A DNA stretch of 64,000 nucleotides from NCBI GenBank assembly GCA_002713695.1, contig PAUB01000001.1, positions 397,325 through 461,324 of the forward strand, in the 5' to 3' direction. The DNA is from Opitutaceae bacterium. Lineage in GTDB: Bacteria > Verrucomicrobiota > Verrucomicrobiia > Opitutales > Opitutaceae. Of this stretch, positions 55,261 to 64,000 are shown in pieces. Positions within the stretch are counted from its first letter, which is position 1. The number at the start of each line of letters is the position of its first letter. A program made the translations under genes and the position numbers. Under the pieces are notes generated by a model that saw only the letters and a program-made list of their open reading frames with translations, did not search any database and was not told the origin of the DNA.

Positions 55261-56565
55261 ATGCACACAGTCGGCTTCATGCTCAAACGCATTCTCACAT
55301 TATCGGTTGGCGGCCTGCTGGGATTGTTGCTCGCGACGGTGGTGTTGCGGACGGCTTCTGCGTGGGGATTTTTGCCAAATAGAGATCTGAATCGTGCGTC
55401 AGATTACGTGAAGGATGTCATTGATACGGTGAACAAGAATTACGTCGGCGATGGCGAGGCTAGCTATGAGCAGCTCGCGCGGGAGGCGATTCACGGCGTG
55501 GTCGGATCCCTCGATCCTCATTCCGAGTTTTTGGAAGCGGAAGATTTTCGACGGTTGGAAGATGATCTTGATGGCGAATTCGGAGGCATTGGCGTGCAGG
55601 TCGTGATGCGTGATGGCCAGATGATTGTGATCGCGCCGATCGCGGGGACTCCTGGAGAGCGCGCGGGGATCTTGCGTGGCGATGTGATAGAAAGCGTGGA
55701 TGGGTATTCGCTGAAAAATGGGGCGCCGATGGATGAGGCGATTGAGCGACTGCGAGGTAAACCCAACACTACGGTGCAGGTGGGTATTTTTCGTCCGAGA
55801 CTCAATAAGCATGTCGATCTGACGCTGGTGCGTGAAATCATCACGGTGGAAAGTGTGCCGGAGGTGAAGGTGCTCGCAGGAAATCTGGGTTACATTCAAC
55901 TCGTTCATTTCTCTTCAGAAACAGGGAAGGAATTTAAAGCCGCGCTGCGAAAGCTGATGGAGGCAGGTGTGAAAGGAATCATCTTGGATATGCGGAATAA
56001 TCCAGGCGGTTTACTCGATGCGGCAGTCGATGTGGCGGAGCCGTTTTTCGATGGCGGAGAACTCGTGGTTTACACGCAAGGAAAGGATCCTGAGCAACGG
56101 GAAGATTTTCGTGCGGGCCGAATGGGTCTGCACTTGAAATTGCCCATCGCCGTGCTGATCAATGCGGGGAGTGCCAGTGCTGCAGAAGTGGTCACCGGCG
56201 CACTGAAAGATACCCACCGAGCGGTCGTGGTGGGGGAACGCTCATTTGGTAAAGGTTCCGTGCAAACGATCTTTCAAATTCGCAATGGCGAGGGCATGCG
56301 TTTGACGACGGCGCTCTATTATACGCCGAGCGGAGTAAGTATTCATAAATGCGGTATCAAACCTCACCTCGAAGTGATCATGACGCCGGAGGAAGATAAT
56401 AAACTGCGTCTGCAACGGGCGCGAAATGATGTGGATGACCCTGAGATGTTTGCGGAGCGTTTTGGATTTGCTCCGATTGAGGACCGCCAATTGCAGACTG
56501 CGATCGATGTGCTCACTGGGGCGGACCTACTGTCTAATCGATCGACAGGGCTTGAACCTAAATAA
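55261..56565 (+). CDS. ctp: Carboxy-terminal processing (S41) peptidase with PDZ domain
   Basis: PDZ 'FGGIGVQV...VIAPIAGTPGERAGILRGDVI'. Catalytic 'LINAGSASAAEV' and 'ERSFGKGSVQ'. The start is Met42 or Met48 of the track ORF, and a TM anchor follows. Confidence 0.85.
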   Translation: MHTVGFMLKRILTLSVGGLLGLLLATVVLRTASAWGFLPNRDLNRASDYVKDVIDTVNKNYVGDGEASYEQLAREAIHGVVGSLDPHSEFLEAEDFRRLEDDLDGEFGGIGVQVVMRDGQMIVIAPIAGTPGERAGILRGDVIESVDGYSLKNGAPMDEAIERLRGKPNTTVQVGIFRPRLNKHVDLTLVREIITVESVPEVKVLAGNLGYIQLVHFSSETGKEFKAALRKLMEAGVKGIILDMRNNPGGLLDAAVDVAEPFFDGGELVVYTQGKDPEQREDFRAGRMGLHLKLPIAVLINAGSASAAEVVTGALKDTHRAVVVGERSFGKGSVQTIFQIRNGEGMRLTTALYYTPSGVSIHKCGIKPHLEVIMTPEEDNKLRLQRARNDVDDPEMFAERFGFAPIEDRQLQTAIDVLTGADLLSNRSTGLEPK

Positions 56566-56577
56566 GCTGCGCGACTC

Positions 56578-57612
56578 ATGATTTTGGCACTCGAAAGTTC
56601 TTGCGATGAGACGGCGGTCGCGATGTTTGATCCGAAGAAAGGATTGCTGGGCGAATGGATTCATACGCAGATCGCTCTCCATGGAAAACATGGCGGCGTG
56701 GTGCCGGATCTAGCGACGCGAGAGCACTTGCGCAATTTTTCGTCGATGCTGGAAAGGGCAAAAGAGGAAGTGGGGTTTAGTGGTGTTTCGGAAGTGGCAG
56801 TGACTGCCGGCGCCGGTCTCGCGGCGTGCTTGGCCGTGGGTGTCTCTGCTGCGAAGGCGATGGCGGTAGGATTGGAAGTGCCGATCGTGGGAGTGAATCA
56901 TTTACGGGCTCATGCCTATTCACCTTTCATCGAGACTCATGCCGAAGATCCGGTTCGCTTCGAAGAGACCTTCGAGGGGCTCTTGCCCCATCTCGGTCTA
57001 ATCGTATCGGGAGGTAATACGATCCTGTGTGAAATCGATCAGGATCAAAAAATTCGTCTCATCTCAACCACTCGTGATGACGCGGCGGGCGAGGCTTTGG
57101 ACAAGGGAGCTAAGTTGCTCGGTCTCGGTTATCCGGGAGGTCCATTGGTGGAGAAATTTGCGCGTGATGGTAATCCTACAGCCTATGATTTCCCTCGCGG
57201 ATTAGGGCGGCGCGATAATCTGGATTTCAGTTTCTCTGGCTTGAAGACGAGTCTGCGTTACCGAATCGAAAAGATGAGTGAAGATGAGGTGAAGATTGAG
57301 ATGCCGAATATTTGTGCGAGCTACCAACAGGCGGTCATCGATGCGCTGACGCGGAAGATGCGACAGGCTTGCGAGGTCGGTGATTATAAGAGCCTCGGTC
57401 TATCCGGCGGTGTGGCGAATAACATGGCGTTGCGCGATGCGGTGGGCGTGTTGGGTAAACGGCAAAAACTGCCGCTCTATCTAGCGCAACCGCGACATAC
57501 GGGAGACAATGCTGGGATGATAGCTTTTGCCGCTTGGGTGGATCGCACCGGAGCTGATCGTGACAGTGGCCTTGCGCTGGAGATCAATCCCAACGCTCCG
57601 GTGTATAACTGA
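56578..57612 (+). CDS. tsaD: tRNA N6-adenosine threonylcarbamoyltransferase
   Basis: 'ILALESSCDETAVA', 'GVNHLRAH' and 'LSGGVANN'. Confidence 0.9.
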   Translation: MILALESSCDETAVAMFDPKKGLLGEWIHTQIALHGKHGGVVPDLATREHLRNFSSMLERAKEEVGFSGVSEVAVTAGAGLAACLAVGVSAAKAMAVGLEVPIVGVNHLRAHAYSPFIETHAEDPVRFEETFEGLLPHLGLIVSGGNTILCEIDQDQKIRLISTTRDDAAGEALDKGAKLLGLGYPGGPLVEKFARDGNPTAYDFPRGLGRRDNLDFSFSGLKTSLRYRIEKMSEDEVKIEMPNICASYQQAVIDALTRKMRQACEVGDYKSLGLSGGVANNMALRDAVGVLGKRQKLPLYLAQPRHTGDNAGMIAFAAWVDRTGADRDSGLALEINPNAPVYN

Positions 57613-57641
57613 TCGGAGAGAGCCGATCTTGCTGCGATAAT

Positions 57642-59108
57642 CTAGGAATAGTCGCGTCGCATATTGCTGGGTAAAATTCCGAGCTCTTCACGATATTTGG
57701 CGACGGTTCGCCGCGCCAGTTTTAGCCCTTTGTCCTGAAGCTTTTTAACGATGGTCTGATCGCTAAAGGGCGTGGACCGATCTTCTAATGCGATGAGATC
57801 GGCAATGATTTCCTTCACGCTGGTGTTGGAGACAGAATCACCTTCGGCGGACTGATAACCCGTGGTGAAGAAATAGCGGAATTCAAAAATACCTTGCGGC
57901 GTGTTGAGATATTTATTGGCGATGGCGCGGCTGACCGTGGTCTCGTGGACGCCGACGATATCGGCGATTTGCGTCATCGTGAGCGGCTTGAGCTGGGAGA
58001 TGCCATGATCAAAAAACTCACTCTGCGCTTTGAGGATTTCCCGCGTGATTTTTTCGATCGTGCGCTGTCTTTGCTCAATCGAATCGATCAGAAATTTACC
58101 CGATTTCATTCGTTCTTTGAGGTATTCTTTCTCCTCTTTGGAAAGCGTGCCTTTGGCGATCAATTCCCGGTAGGTGCTGGAGATGCGCAGTCGGGGAATG
58201 TAGTCGCTGTTGAGATCGATTTTCCATTCACCGTCCACTTTCGTGATGGTCACATCAGGTTCGACGACACGGTTGGTGTCTTCGGCAAAACGCCGACCGG
58301 GTGCGGGATCGAGTTTCCCGATTTCTTCGATGGCCGTTTGGATATCATCCTGCGATGCGCCGAGTTTACGGGAGAGCTCCGGAATGCGGCGTCGGGAGAG
58401 CAGATCGAAATGATTTCGAATAATGCGCGCGGATAGAGAGCTTTCGCGTTCGCGGGCAGCGAGTTGGGCGAGCAGGCAGGTTTGGATATCAGGACTGCCG
58501 ATTCCAGTGGGATCGAAAGTGGTGAGTACTACGGCGGCTTCCTGCAGTTCCGCGAGAGTGTGGTCAGTCTGAAAAGTGGCGTCGGGAAGATTGAGGGTGA
58601 GGAAGCCTCGGTCATCGATACTCCCGATTAGATACTTGAGCGCCTCGGCGACATTCTCGTCTGTATCGGCCAGTTCAGCTTGTCGCATGAGATGCTCCTG
58701 AAGCGAGGCATCGCTCACGAGCGAATCCATGAAGTGCTGCCGCTTTTCGCTGTCTTCCTGGGTGTAGGGCTGTGCTCCACCAGCTTGGCTCATGTAGTCG
58801 CGCCAATCCTCATCGAGCTTCCCTAAGATTTCGAACTCCTTGGAAAAATCGATTTCCTCGTGAGGATTTTCCTCGTCCTCAGTGGGAGTGTTTTCTTCAG
58901 GAGTAGTCTCTGGCTCCTTGCTCGAATGTTCGGGTGGCAATTCCTCGAGAGTGGGATTGCTTTGGAGCTCTTCTTGGATCTCTGAACGCAGATCCAGCGC
59001 GGCCACCTGAAGGATCTTCAGCGATTGACGCAGCTGCGGGGCCAGAACCAATGATTGGTTCTGCCGCTGCCGAAGATCGTGACTAAGTCCGGGCCCGCTC
59101 ATGAGCAA
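57642..59108 (-). CDS. rpoN: RNA polymerase sigma-54 factor
   Basis: N-terminal Gln/Leu-rich 'LAPQLRQSLKILQ', an acidic region, an HTH, and the RpoN box 'ARRTVAKYREELGI'. Confidence 0.95.
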   Translation of the reverse strand: MLMSGPGLSHDLRQRQNQSLVLAPQLRQSLKILQVAALDLRSEIQEELQSNPTLEELPPEHSSKEPETTPEENTPTEDEENPHEEIDFSKEFEILGKLDEDWRDYMSQAGGAQPYTQEDSEKRQHFMDSLVSDASLQEHLMRQAELADTDENVAEALKYLIGSIDDRGFLTLNLPDATFQTDHTLAELQEAAVVLTTFDPTGIGSPDIQTCLLAQLAARERESSLSARIIRNHFDLLSRRRIPELSRKLGASQDDIQTAIEEIGKLDPAPGRRFAEDTNRVVEPDVTITKVDGEWKIDLNSDYIPRLRISSTYRELIAKGTLSKEEKEYLKERMKSGKFLIDSIEQRQRTIEKITREILKAQSEFFDHGISQLKPLTMTQIADIVGVHETTVSRAIANKYLNTPQGIFEFRYFFTTGYQSAEGDSVSNTSVKEIIADLIALEDRSTPFSDQTIVKKLQDKGLKLARRTVAKYREELGILPSNMRRDYS

Positions 59109-59132
59109 TTATCTTAATGGGACAATGCATGC

Positions 59133-60116
59133 TCAGGGGCGGGAGCCGGTGTAAATTGGAGGGCGGGAACCAGGGTCGTCGATCGAGTAGAGCTCTTTGA
59201 TGTATGTGCCTAGTTTCTCGATCGTGGGGCCATAGGTATCGCCGTAGAGGTAGAGCTCGAGATCAGTCATCATCTCGAACGCGCTTTGGTAGCGTTTGTC
59301 GCGATCCCGCTGAAGCGCTTTGTGGATAATCGTTTCCAGGCGCTCGTCGATTTCGGGACGGAGGTCGCCGAATTTGGGGATCGGCATGGTCTGAATGTTG
59401 CGCCGCGACTGCGCGCGATCCACAGCACGGAATATGTTCCGGCCCAGCAAAAGTTCGGTGAGCACGATTCCGAGAGGGAAGAGGTCGGCGCGAGCATCGG
59501 TCACCGCACGGCTCGCTTGTTCGGGCGAAAGATATTCGTCCTTTCCGGCGATCACTTTGCCTTCTTCGTTATACATCAGGTCGAAGGCCTTCGCGATTCC
59601 GAAGTCGGTCAACTTCACGTCGCCCTCGTAGGCGATCATGATGTTTTTCGGTCCGATATCGCGATGCACGATGTCGAGTGGGCGTCCTTCGCGATCGCAC
59701 TTTTGATGCGCGTAAGTGAGCCCACGTGCGATACGCGAGACGATGAAAGCAGCCAGATCCACCGGGATAGGGCGATCAAGCTCACGATGTTTTTCCAGGA
59801 ACTGCTCGAGATTCACGCCACGAACGAACTCCATCACCATGAAGTATTGGCCTCCGAGACTTCCGAGATGATAGGTCTGAACGATACTAGTGTGAATTAA
59901 GTCGGCGACGAGTCGTGCTTCGCCGATGAAGTTTTTCTGAAACTCCTCAATCGCCGAGTATTCCTCACGGATGAGTTTCACCGCGACGGTTTTACGGAAA
60001 TTACCCGCACCAAGCTGCTCAGCCTCGTAAACGAGACCCATGCCGCCTTCCGCTATTTTACGGACCATTTCGTAATTTATCTCGTTAAAGAGAGTTCTTA
60101 AAGGAGCCACAGTCAT
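59133..60116 (-). CDS. Hanks-type Ser/Thr protein kinase (kinase domain only)
   Basis: 'EGGMGLVY', 'VAVKLI', '[10 protein letters not shown]', 'DFGIAK' and 'YLSPEQ'. 327 aa with no TM or sensor domain. Confidence 0.85.
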   Translation of the reverse strand: MTVAPLRTLFNEINYEMVRKIAEGGMGLVYEAEQLGAGNFRKTVAVKLIREEYSAIEEFQKNFIGEARLVADLIHTSIVQTYHLGSLGGQYFMVMEFVRGVNLEQFLEKHRELDRPIPVDLAAFIVSRIARGLTYAHQKCDREGRPLDIVHRDIGPKNIMIAYEGDVKLTDFGIAKAFDLMYNEEGKVIAGKDEYLSPEQASRAVTDARADLFPLGIVLTELLLGRNIFRAVDRAQSRRNIQTMPIPKFGDLRPEIDERLETIIHKALQRDRDKRYQSAFEMMTDLELYLYGDTYGPTIEKLGTYIKELYSIDDPGSRPPIYTGSRP

Positions 60117-60228
60117 AAAAATACAACGCTCTTACCCATTGGCAAGTAATGAGTATTCATTTCGGCTCGATTCCTGCTGTGTCAAATCAGGCATTTGACA
60201 GCGAGGAAGTGAGTTCTACCTTCTGCTC

Positions 60229-60546
60229 ATGATTACACTGACCAGCCGTGCGGCAGATCGCGTGAGACAGATGCAGGAAGAAACACCCAAAGCAGGTGGG
60301 TTTTTGCGTGTGCTCGTCGAATCGGGTGGCTGTTCAGGCTTTAAATACGGTATGTCGTTCGACGAATCAAAGGACGATGACACGCAATTGGAGAGCGAAG
60401 GTGTTAAAATCGTGATGGATCCCTCTAGTCTAGCCTACATGAATGGCAGCTCGATTGACTTCGACGATGGTTTGCAGGGGAAGGGCTTTGAGATTAATAA
60501 CCCCAATGCGCAGAGCACCTGCGGCTGCGGTAAGTCTTTCAGCTGA
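60229..60546 (+). CDS. HesB/IscA/ErpA-family iron-sulfur cluster insertion protein
   Basis: 'GGCSGFKY' and the C-terminal 'CGCGKSF'; 105 aa. Confidence 0.9.
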   Translation: MITLTSRAADRVRQMQEETPKAGGFLRVLVESGGCSGFKYGMSFDESKDDDTQLESEGVKIVMDPSSLAYMNGSSIDFDDGLQGKGFEINNPNAQSTCGCGKSFS

Positions 60547-61248
60547 TTACACTTGAGCTTCGTGGAGTGCCACGATGCCAAACGTGAGCCCACTCGCTTT
60601 CACGCTGGAAAATCCGGCCGCCTTGATCTCTTCGGTCAACCCCTCGCGTCCAGGAAACTCTTCGATCGTTTCATTCAGATAGACATATGCGGCCTTATCT
60701 TTGGTCACAATTCCGGCGATTACCGGCAGAATAGTGCGTAAATAGAAGAGGTAGATGGGCTTAAACCAGCGATCAGGCTGAGAAAATTCGAGCACATACA
60801 TCCGGCCTCCGGGTCGAAGCACGCGGCGCATTTCGGTTAGTGAAAGGTGCCGATCAGCCATATTGCGGAGTCCGAAGGAGATCGTTACTGCATCAAAACT
60901 GTTGTCCTCCAAGGGAAGATCGAGCCCGTCTCCTTGCTTGAAGGTGATGCGAGTGTCGGCAGTTTCCAGAGAGTTTTCCTGTTTGTTGACCGCTTCATCG
61001 AGCATCGGTTGGCAGAAATCTATGCCGACTATATTATTGGCAGATAACACTTTGCGACTGATCGCAAACGCGACATCGCCACTGCCAGTCGCCAAATCGA
61101 GCACATCGGCTGGGGAGCCACGATTCACAGCCGAGACCAATTTGCGCCGCCACCAACGGTCTATGCCGCCGCTCAGCAGAATGTTCGCAAAGTCATAGCG
61201 ACGCGCGATACGGGCAAACATGGAATTGACGGCGACGGGATCTGGCAT
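60547..61248 (-). CDS. ubiE: Demethylmenaquinone/ubiquinone C-methyltransferase
   Basis: 'MFARIARRYDFANILLSGGIDRWWRR', 'VLDLATGSGDVA' and 'FGLRNM'. Confidence 0.85.
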   Translation of the reverse strand: MPDPVAVNSMFARIARRYDFANILLSGGIDRWWRRKLVSAVNRGSPADVLDLATGSGDVAFAISRKVLSANNIVGIDFCQPMLDEAVNKQENSLETADTRITFKQGDGLDLPLEDNSFDAVTISFGLRNMADRHLSLTEMRRVLRPGGRMYVLEFSQPDRWFKPIYLFYLRTILPVIAGIVTKDKAAYVYLNETIEEFPGREGLTEEIKAAGFSSVKASGLTFGIVALHEAQV

Positions 61249-61369
61249 GGTAGGAGCAGCTTATTTTGTGGGAGTTAGGGGGCGAGTCATATTCGTTGAC
61301 GCAATCATAGAACTGTAAGTAGTTTAGCACTGTTATTCCTATACCGGATGTAGCAGCGAAAGGAAAAAT

Positions 61370-61711
61370 ATGTCCAATAATCTGACGAAACGAGAGATCG
61401 TCCTCGAAATCTATAAGAAGACCGGCTTTCCCCAGAAGCAAGTGGTCGATACGGTTCAGTTGACTCTCGACATCATTCAAAAGGCCTTGGCCGAAGGACG
61501 AAATGTCGAACTGCGCAACTTTGGTGTGCTCGAAGTGCAGGTGAGAAAATCACGCATCGGTCGAAACCCGAACAAACCTGAAGCCGAAGTGGTGATCCCA
61601 CAACGCGCAGTGGTGAAGTTCAAATCAGGCAAGATACTTAAGCAGCAGTTGAAGAAAATCGATTTAGCAACCTTGGATCCCTCGGCCACGGTCGAGCCAG
61701 TTGACGAATAG
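61370..61711 (+). CDS. HU/IHF-family DNA-binding protein with C-terminal extension
   Basis: 'LTKREIVLEIYKKTG...VELRNFGVLEVQVRKSRIGRNPNKPEAEVVIPQRAVVKFKSGK'. Confidence 0.85.
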   Translation: MSNNLTKREIVLEIYKKTGFPQKQVVDTVQLTLDIIQKALAEGRNVELRNFGVLEVQVRKSRIGRNPNKPEAEVVIPQRAVVKFKSGKILKQQLKKIDLATLDPSATVEPVDE

Positions 61712-61733
61712 AAACTGCGAGTTCTTTACGAAT

Positions 61734-61762
61734 GGCCGGGAGTTTATCCCGGCCTTCTTTTT
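61734..61762 (+). terminator. Rho-independent terminator after the HU/IHF gene
   Basis: The stem GGCCGGGA/TCCCGGCC has a 5-nt loop and is followed by TTCTTTTT. Confidence 0.8.
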
Positions 61763-61819
61763 GCCCGGATGAAATTTAGAGTGGCGCGAGTCCGCTCTGC
61801 TCCACAATTTCGCACGTTC

Positions 61820-63130
61820 ATGGCCACATTTCAGTCACTCCCCGGATTCCGCGAATTTTATCCCGACGCTCTTGCGTGCCGGAACTTCATATTTCGCGTC
61901 TGGCGGCAGACCGCGAACATCTACGGATTTTCCGAGTATGATGCGCCGGTGCTGGAACCGCTCGATCTCTACAAGGCGAAATCTGGCGATGAGATCGAAG
62001 CACAGCTGTTCAGCTTTACCGACAAGGGTGGGCGCGAGGTCGCGTTGCGTCCCGAGATGACTCCTACCGTTGGCCGTATGGTCGGCGCTAAGGCCAATGC
62101 GCTCAAACGACCCATTAAGTGGTTTAGCATCGCAGAGTTTTATCGCTATGAGCGGATGCAGAAAGGGCGGGGGCGCTGCTTTAATCAATTCAATGCCGAT
62201 ATCTTTGGTGAAGCCGGCACCGAAGCGGAAATCGAGCTCATCGCTCTCCTCGCACAATGCCTCAACGCCTTTGGGCTGACCGAGGAGGATTTCTATGTGC
62301 GCCTGAGCGATCGTAATCTTTGGTTCTATTACCTTGGCGCGCTGGGGCTGGATGAGACGCGTATTCGGGCGGTGCTCGTCGCCGTGGATCGCTACGAAAA
62401 ATATGGCGACGATGCTTTCAAAGCTTACACCGAGGAGTTTGGTGCGTTGGACGAATCGATTAAAGCCAAGGTGCTCGCGTTTCTTCAGATCAAATCGCTT
62501 TCCGCCCTTGAAGAAACTCTCGGCGGGCTCGGCGATGATCAGCTCACGGAGCGACTTGCCGATTGGCGTAAGCTACTTGGCGGGATCGAAGCGATGGGCC
62601 TCACGAAATACGTGGAAGTCGATCTCGGTGTCGTGCGCGGATTGGCTTACTACACGGGATTTGTTTTCGAAGCCTTTGATCGCAAGGGCGAGCTGCGCGC
62701 GATTGCGGGTGGTGGTCGCTACGATCATCTTGTTGAGAAGCTCGGCAGCCCGGCATTGCCGGCGGTCGGCTTCGCGATTGGCGACATGACTTTTGCGCTC
62801 CTGCTTGAGCAACGCGGCCTCATGCCCGACATGGTGCAGGCGAGCGATGTCTATTGCGTGATCGGTGGCGCCGAAGAACGCCCTGCGGCCTTCGCCGGAA
62901 TTCAATCTCTGCGCGCCGCTGGTTACCGGGTCGACTATCCGATGAAGGAGGTCGCCTTCGGTAAGCAATTCAAAGCTGCGAATGAATCCGGTGCGAAACT
63001 AGCCCTCATTTACGGTGGCGATGAACTCGCCAAAGGCGTCGTGAAGATCCGCGATCTCGCTGATCGTTCCGAACGCGAAGTGCCGCTCGACGAAATCGTC
63101 CCGGCGGTGCGCGACACCCTACAAGCGTAG
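61820..63130 (+). CDS. hisS: Histidine-tRNA ligase
   Basis: 'RPEMTPTVGRMV', 'KWFSIAEFYRYERMQKGRGRCFNQFNADIFG' and 'GGGRYDHLV', plus a C-terminal anticodon-binding domain. Start at Met18 of the track ORF. Confidence 0.9.
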   Translation: MATFQSLPGFREFYPDALACRNFIFRVWRQTANIYGFSEYDAPVLEPLDLYKAKSGDEIEAQLFSFTDKGGREVALRPEMTPTVGRMVGAKANALKRPIKWFSIAEFYRYERMQKGRGRCFNQFNADIFGEAGTEAEIELIALLAQCLNAFGLTEEDFYVRLSDRNLWFYYLGALGLDETRIRAVLVAVDRYEKYGDDAFKAYTEEFGALDESIKAKVLAFLQIKSLSALEETLGGLGDDQLTERLADWRKLLGGIEAMGLTKYVEVDLGVVRGLAYYTGFVFEAFDRKGELRAIAGGGRYDHLVEKLGSPALPAVGFAIGDMTFALLLEQRGLMPDMVQASDVYCVIGGAEERPAAFAGIQSLRAAGYRVDYPMKEVAFGKQFKAANESGAKLALIYGGDELAKGVVKIRDLADRSEREVPLDEIVPAVRDTLQA

Positions 63131-63138
63131 ACGATTCC

Positions 63139-63922
63139 GTGATGAGAATAGCGGCACTAGTCGGAGTAGCTTTCTTGTGCAGCTACGGTCTGCTGGCCGC
63201 TTACGCGTATTTCTTTTCAGACCGTGAACTCTTCTTTCCCGAATACGGCTCGCTGGATAAACCGGTAGGATTTCTGGAGATTTCCTATGGGAATGGAGGT
63301 CGGCTCGCAGCGCTCTATTTGTCGAACCCTGATGCGAAATATACCCTGTGATATTTTCACGGCAATAGCGGAGACGTTGGGCGATCTGGAAACTCGCATG
63401 CTTGATTTCCAGCGTAACGGATATGCCGTTTTCGCGGTCGAATATCCCGGTTACGGTTTGAATAAAGGCACTCCAACTGAAACGGGTATTTATGCGACCA
63501 CCAAGATTGCGCTGAAGTATAAGCAAGAGACGCTGGTAGTGAGTCCTAAATCGATCATTGCCTATGGTCGATCGCTGGGAGGAGGTTCTGCGGTTGCACT
63601 GGCTGCGCAAGAATCGATTGGTGGGCTTATCTTGGAGTCGGCCTTTACCAGTGCGTTTCGGGTCGTAACTAGAGTGAGGTTATTGCCATTCGATAAGTTT
63701 GATAACCTCGGCAAGATATCTACCGTTAAGTGTCCTGTCCTCGTGATTCATGGGGAAGACGGACGGATCGTTCCGCTGGCGCACGGAAAATCACTTTACG
63801 AAGCGATTCCCAATCGAAAGCAAGAGTTGTGGGTCAAGTTTACCGGTCACAATGACTTGCTCGATTGGGCTGGGCCGAGCTATTGGGAATCTCTGAGCGA
63901 GTTCACTCAGGGCTTAGACTAG
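63139..63922 (+). pseudogene. Alpha/beta-hydrolase gene interrupted by an in-frame TGA and a 1-nt frameshift (pseudogene, or sequence errors)
   Basis: The first frame reads '...NPDAKYTL*YFHGNSGD' (TGA at 63349-63351). The remainder, 'AETLGDLE...EYPGYG...GRSLGGGSA...HGEDGRIVP...GHNDL', is in the +1 frame. The oxyanion 'HGN' motif is only readable in the first frame. Confidence 0.55.
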
Positions 63923-64000
63923 ATCTACTGGACCGAATGCTTTTGGTAGCAATTCAGTGATGGTGTGATCCTGACGATCCTTTGAGCGGCACGTGAAAAC

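Noticed and set aside
60195-60222. Perfect TTGACA, then a 16-nt spacer and TACCTT, six nt before the IscA/ErpA-like start codon (would imply a leaderless mRNA)
   Set aside because: The -10 hexamer is weak. Promoter consensus for this lineage is unknown to me, so this cannot be supported without TSS data.
63349-63351. In-frame TGA in the hydrolase as selenocysteine or programmed read-through
   Set aside because: The position is not a catalytic Cys/Sec site. No SECIS-like hairpin is obvious downstream. A frameshift 15 nt later argues for a lesion or a sequence error.
63917-64000. Possible 3' end of a convergent minus-strand ORF entering from the right edge (...ITELLPKAFGPVDLV*)
   Set aside because: Only ~28 codons are visible and there is no motif. 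It cannot be distinguished from a chance open frame.

Overview
This 64-kb window comes from a Gram-negative bacterium. TolC, LPS-heptose, ACIII and sigma-54 genes are present; the lineage cannot be fixed from the sequence alone. I found no rRNA, tRNA, CRISPR array, IS element or phage genes. The window has four blocks.

**(1) Surface-glycan locus, bases 1-28447.** This ~28-kb block is almost entirely on the minus strand.
- It encodes a complete GDP-D-glycero-alpha-D-manno-heptose pathway (gmhA, hddA, gmhB, hddC) next to a transaldolase-family gene.
- It also encodes sugar-nucleotide tailoring enzymes, at least four SAM-methyltransferase domains and several GT2 enzymes.
- A Wzm/Wzt ABC exporter is present, and its ATPase carries a C-terminal carbohydrate-binding extension.
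- A 1112-aa protein looks like a WbdD-type terminator (methyltransferase, kinase-like region, coiled coil) fused to a GT2 domain.
- A GtrA/GtrB-like pair sits with four very large polytopic membrane proteins that look GT-C-like.
- Inside the locus, a 1.2-kb stretch of decayed gene fragments (15660-16847) includes a fused ugd'-'SDR relic of the intact pair at 4836-6955.

**(2) Efflux pump, 28595-33063.** A MacAB-TolC-type tripartite pump.

**(3) Respiratory operon, 33579-44481.** A tightly overlapped alternative complex III operon (actABCDEF) is followed by a cbb3-like module. Its CcoN homologue has lost five of the six canonical haem/Cu histidine ligands (four to Gln, one to Arg), yet it is intact and translationally coupled to a normal-looking CcoO. 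I consider this the most unusual thing in the window.

**(4) Housekeeping genes, 44566-63922.** hldD, proC, a REC-histidine kinase, folD, a pseudouridine synthase, a CysJ-like reductase, fabG-acpP-fabF, rpmB, ctp, tsaD, a Ser/Thr kinase followed by rpoN, an IscA/ErpA-like gene, ubiE, an HU/IHF gene, hisS, and a disrupted alpha/beta hydrolase.

All calls rest on reading the supplied translations and DNA by eye. Motif comparisons to known families are from memory and need profile or structure searches to confirm.
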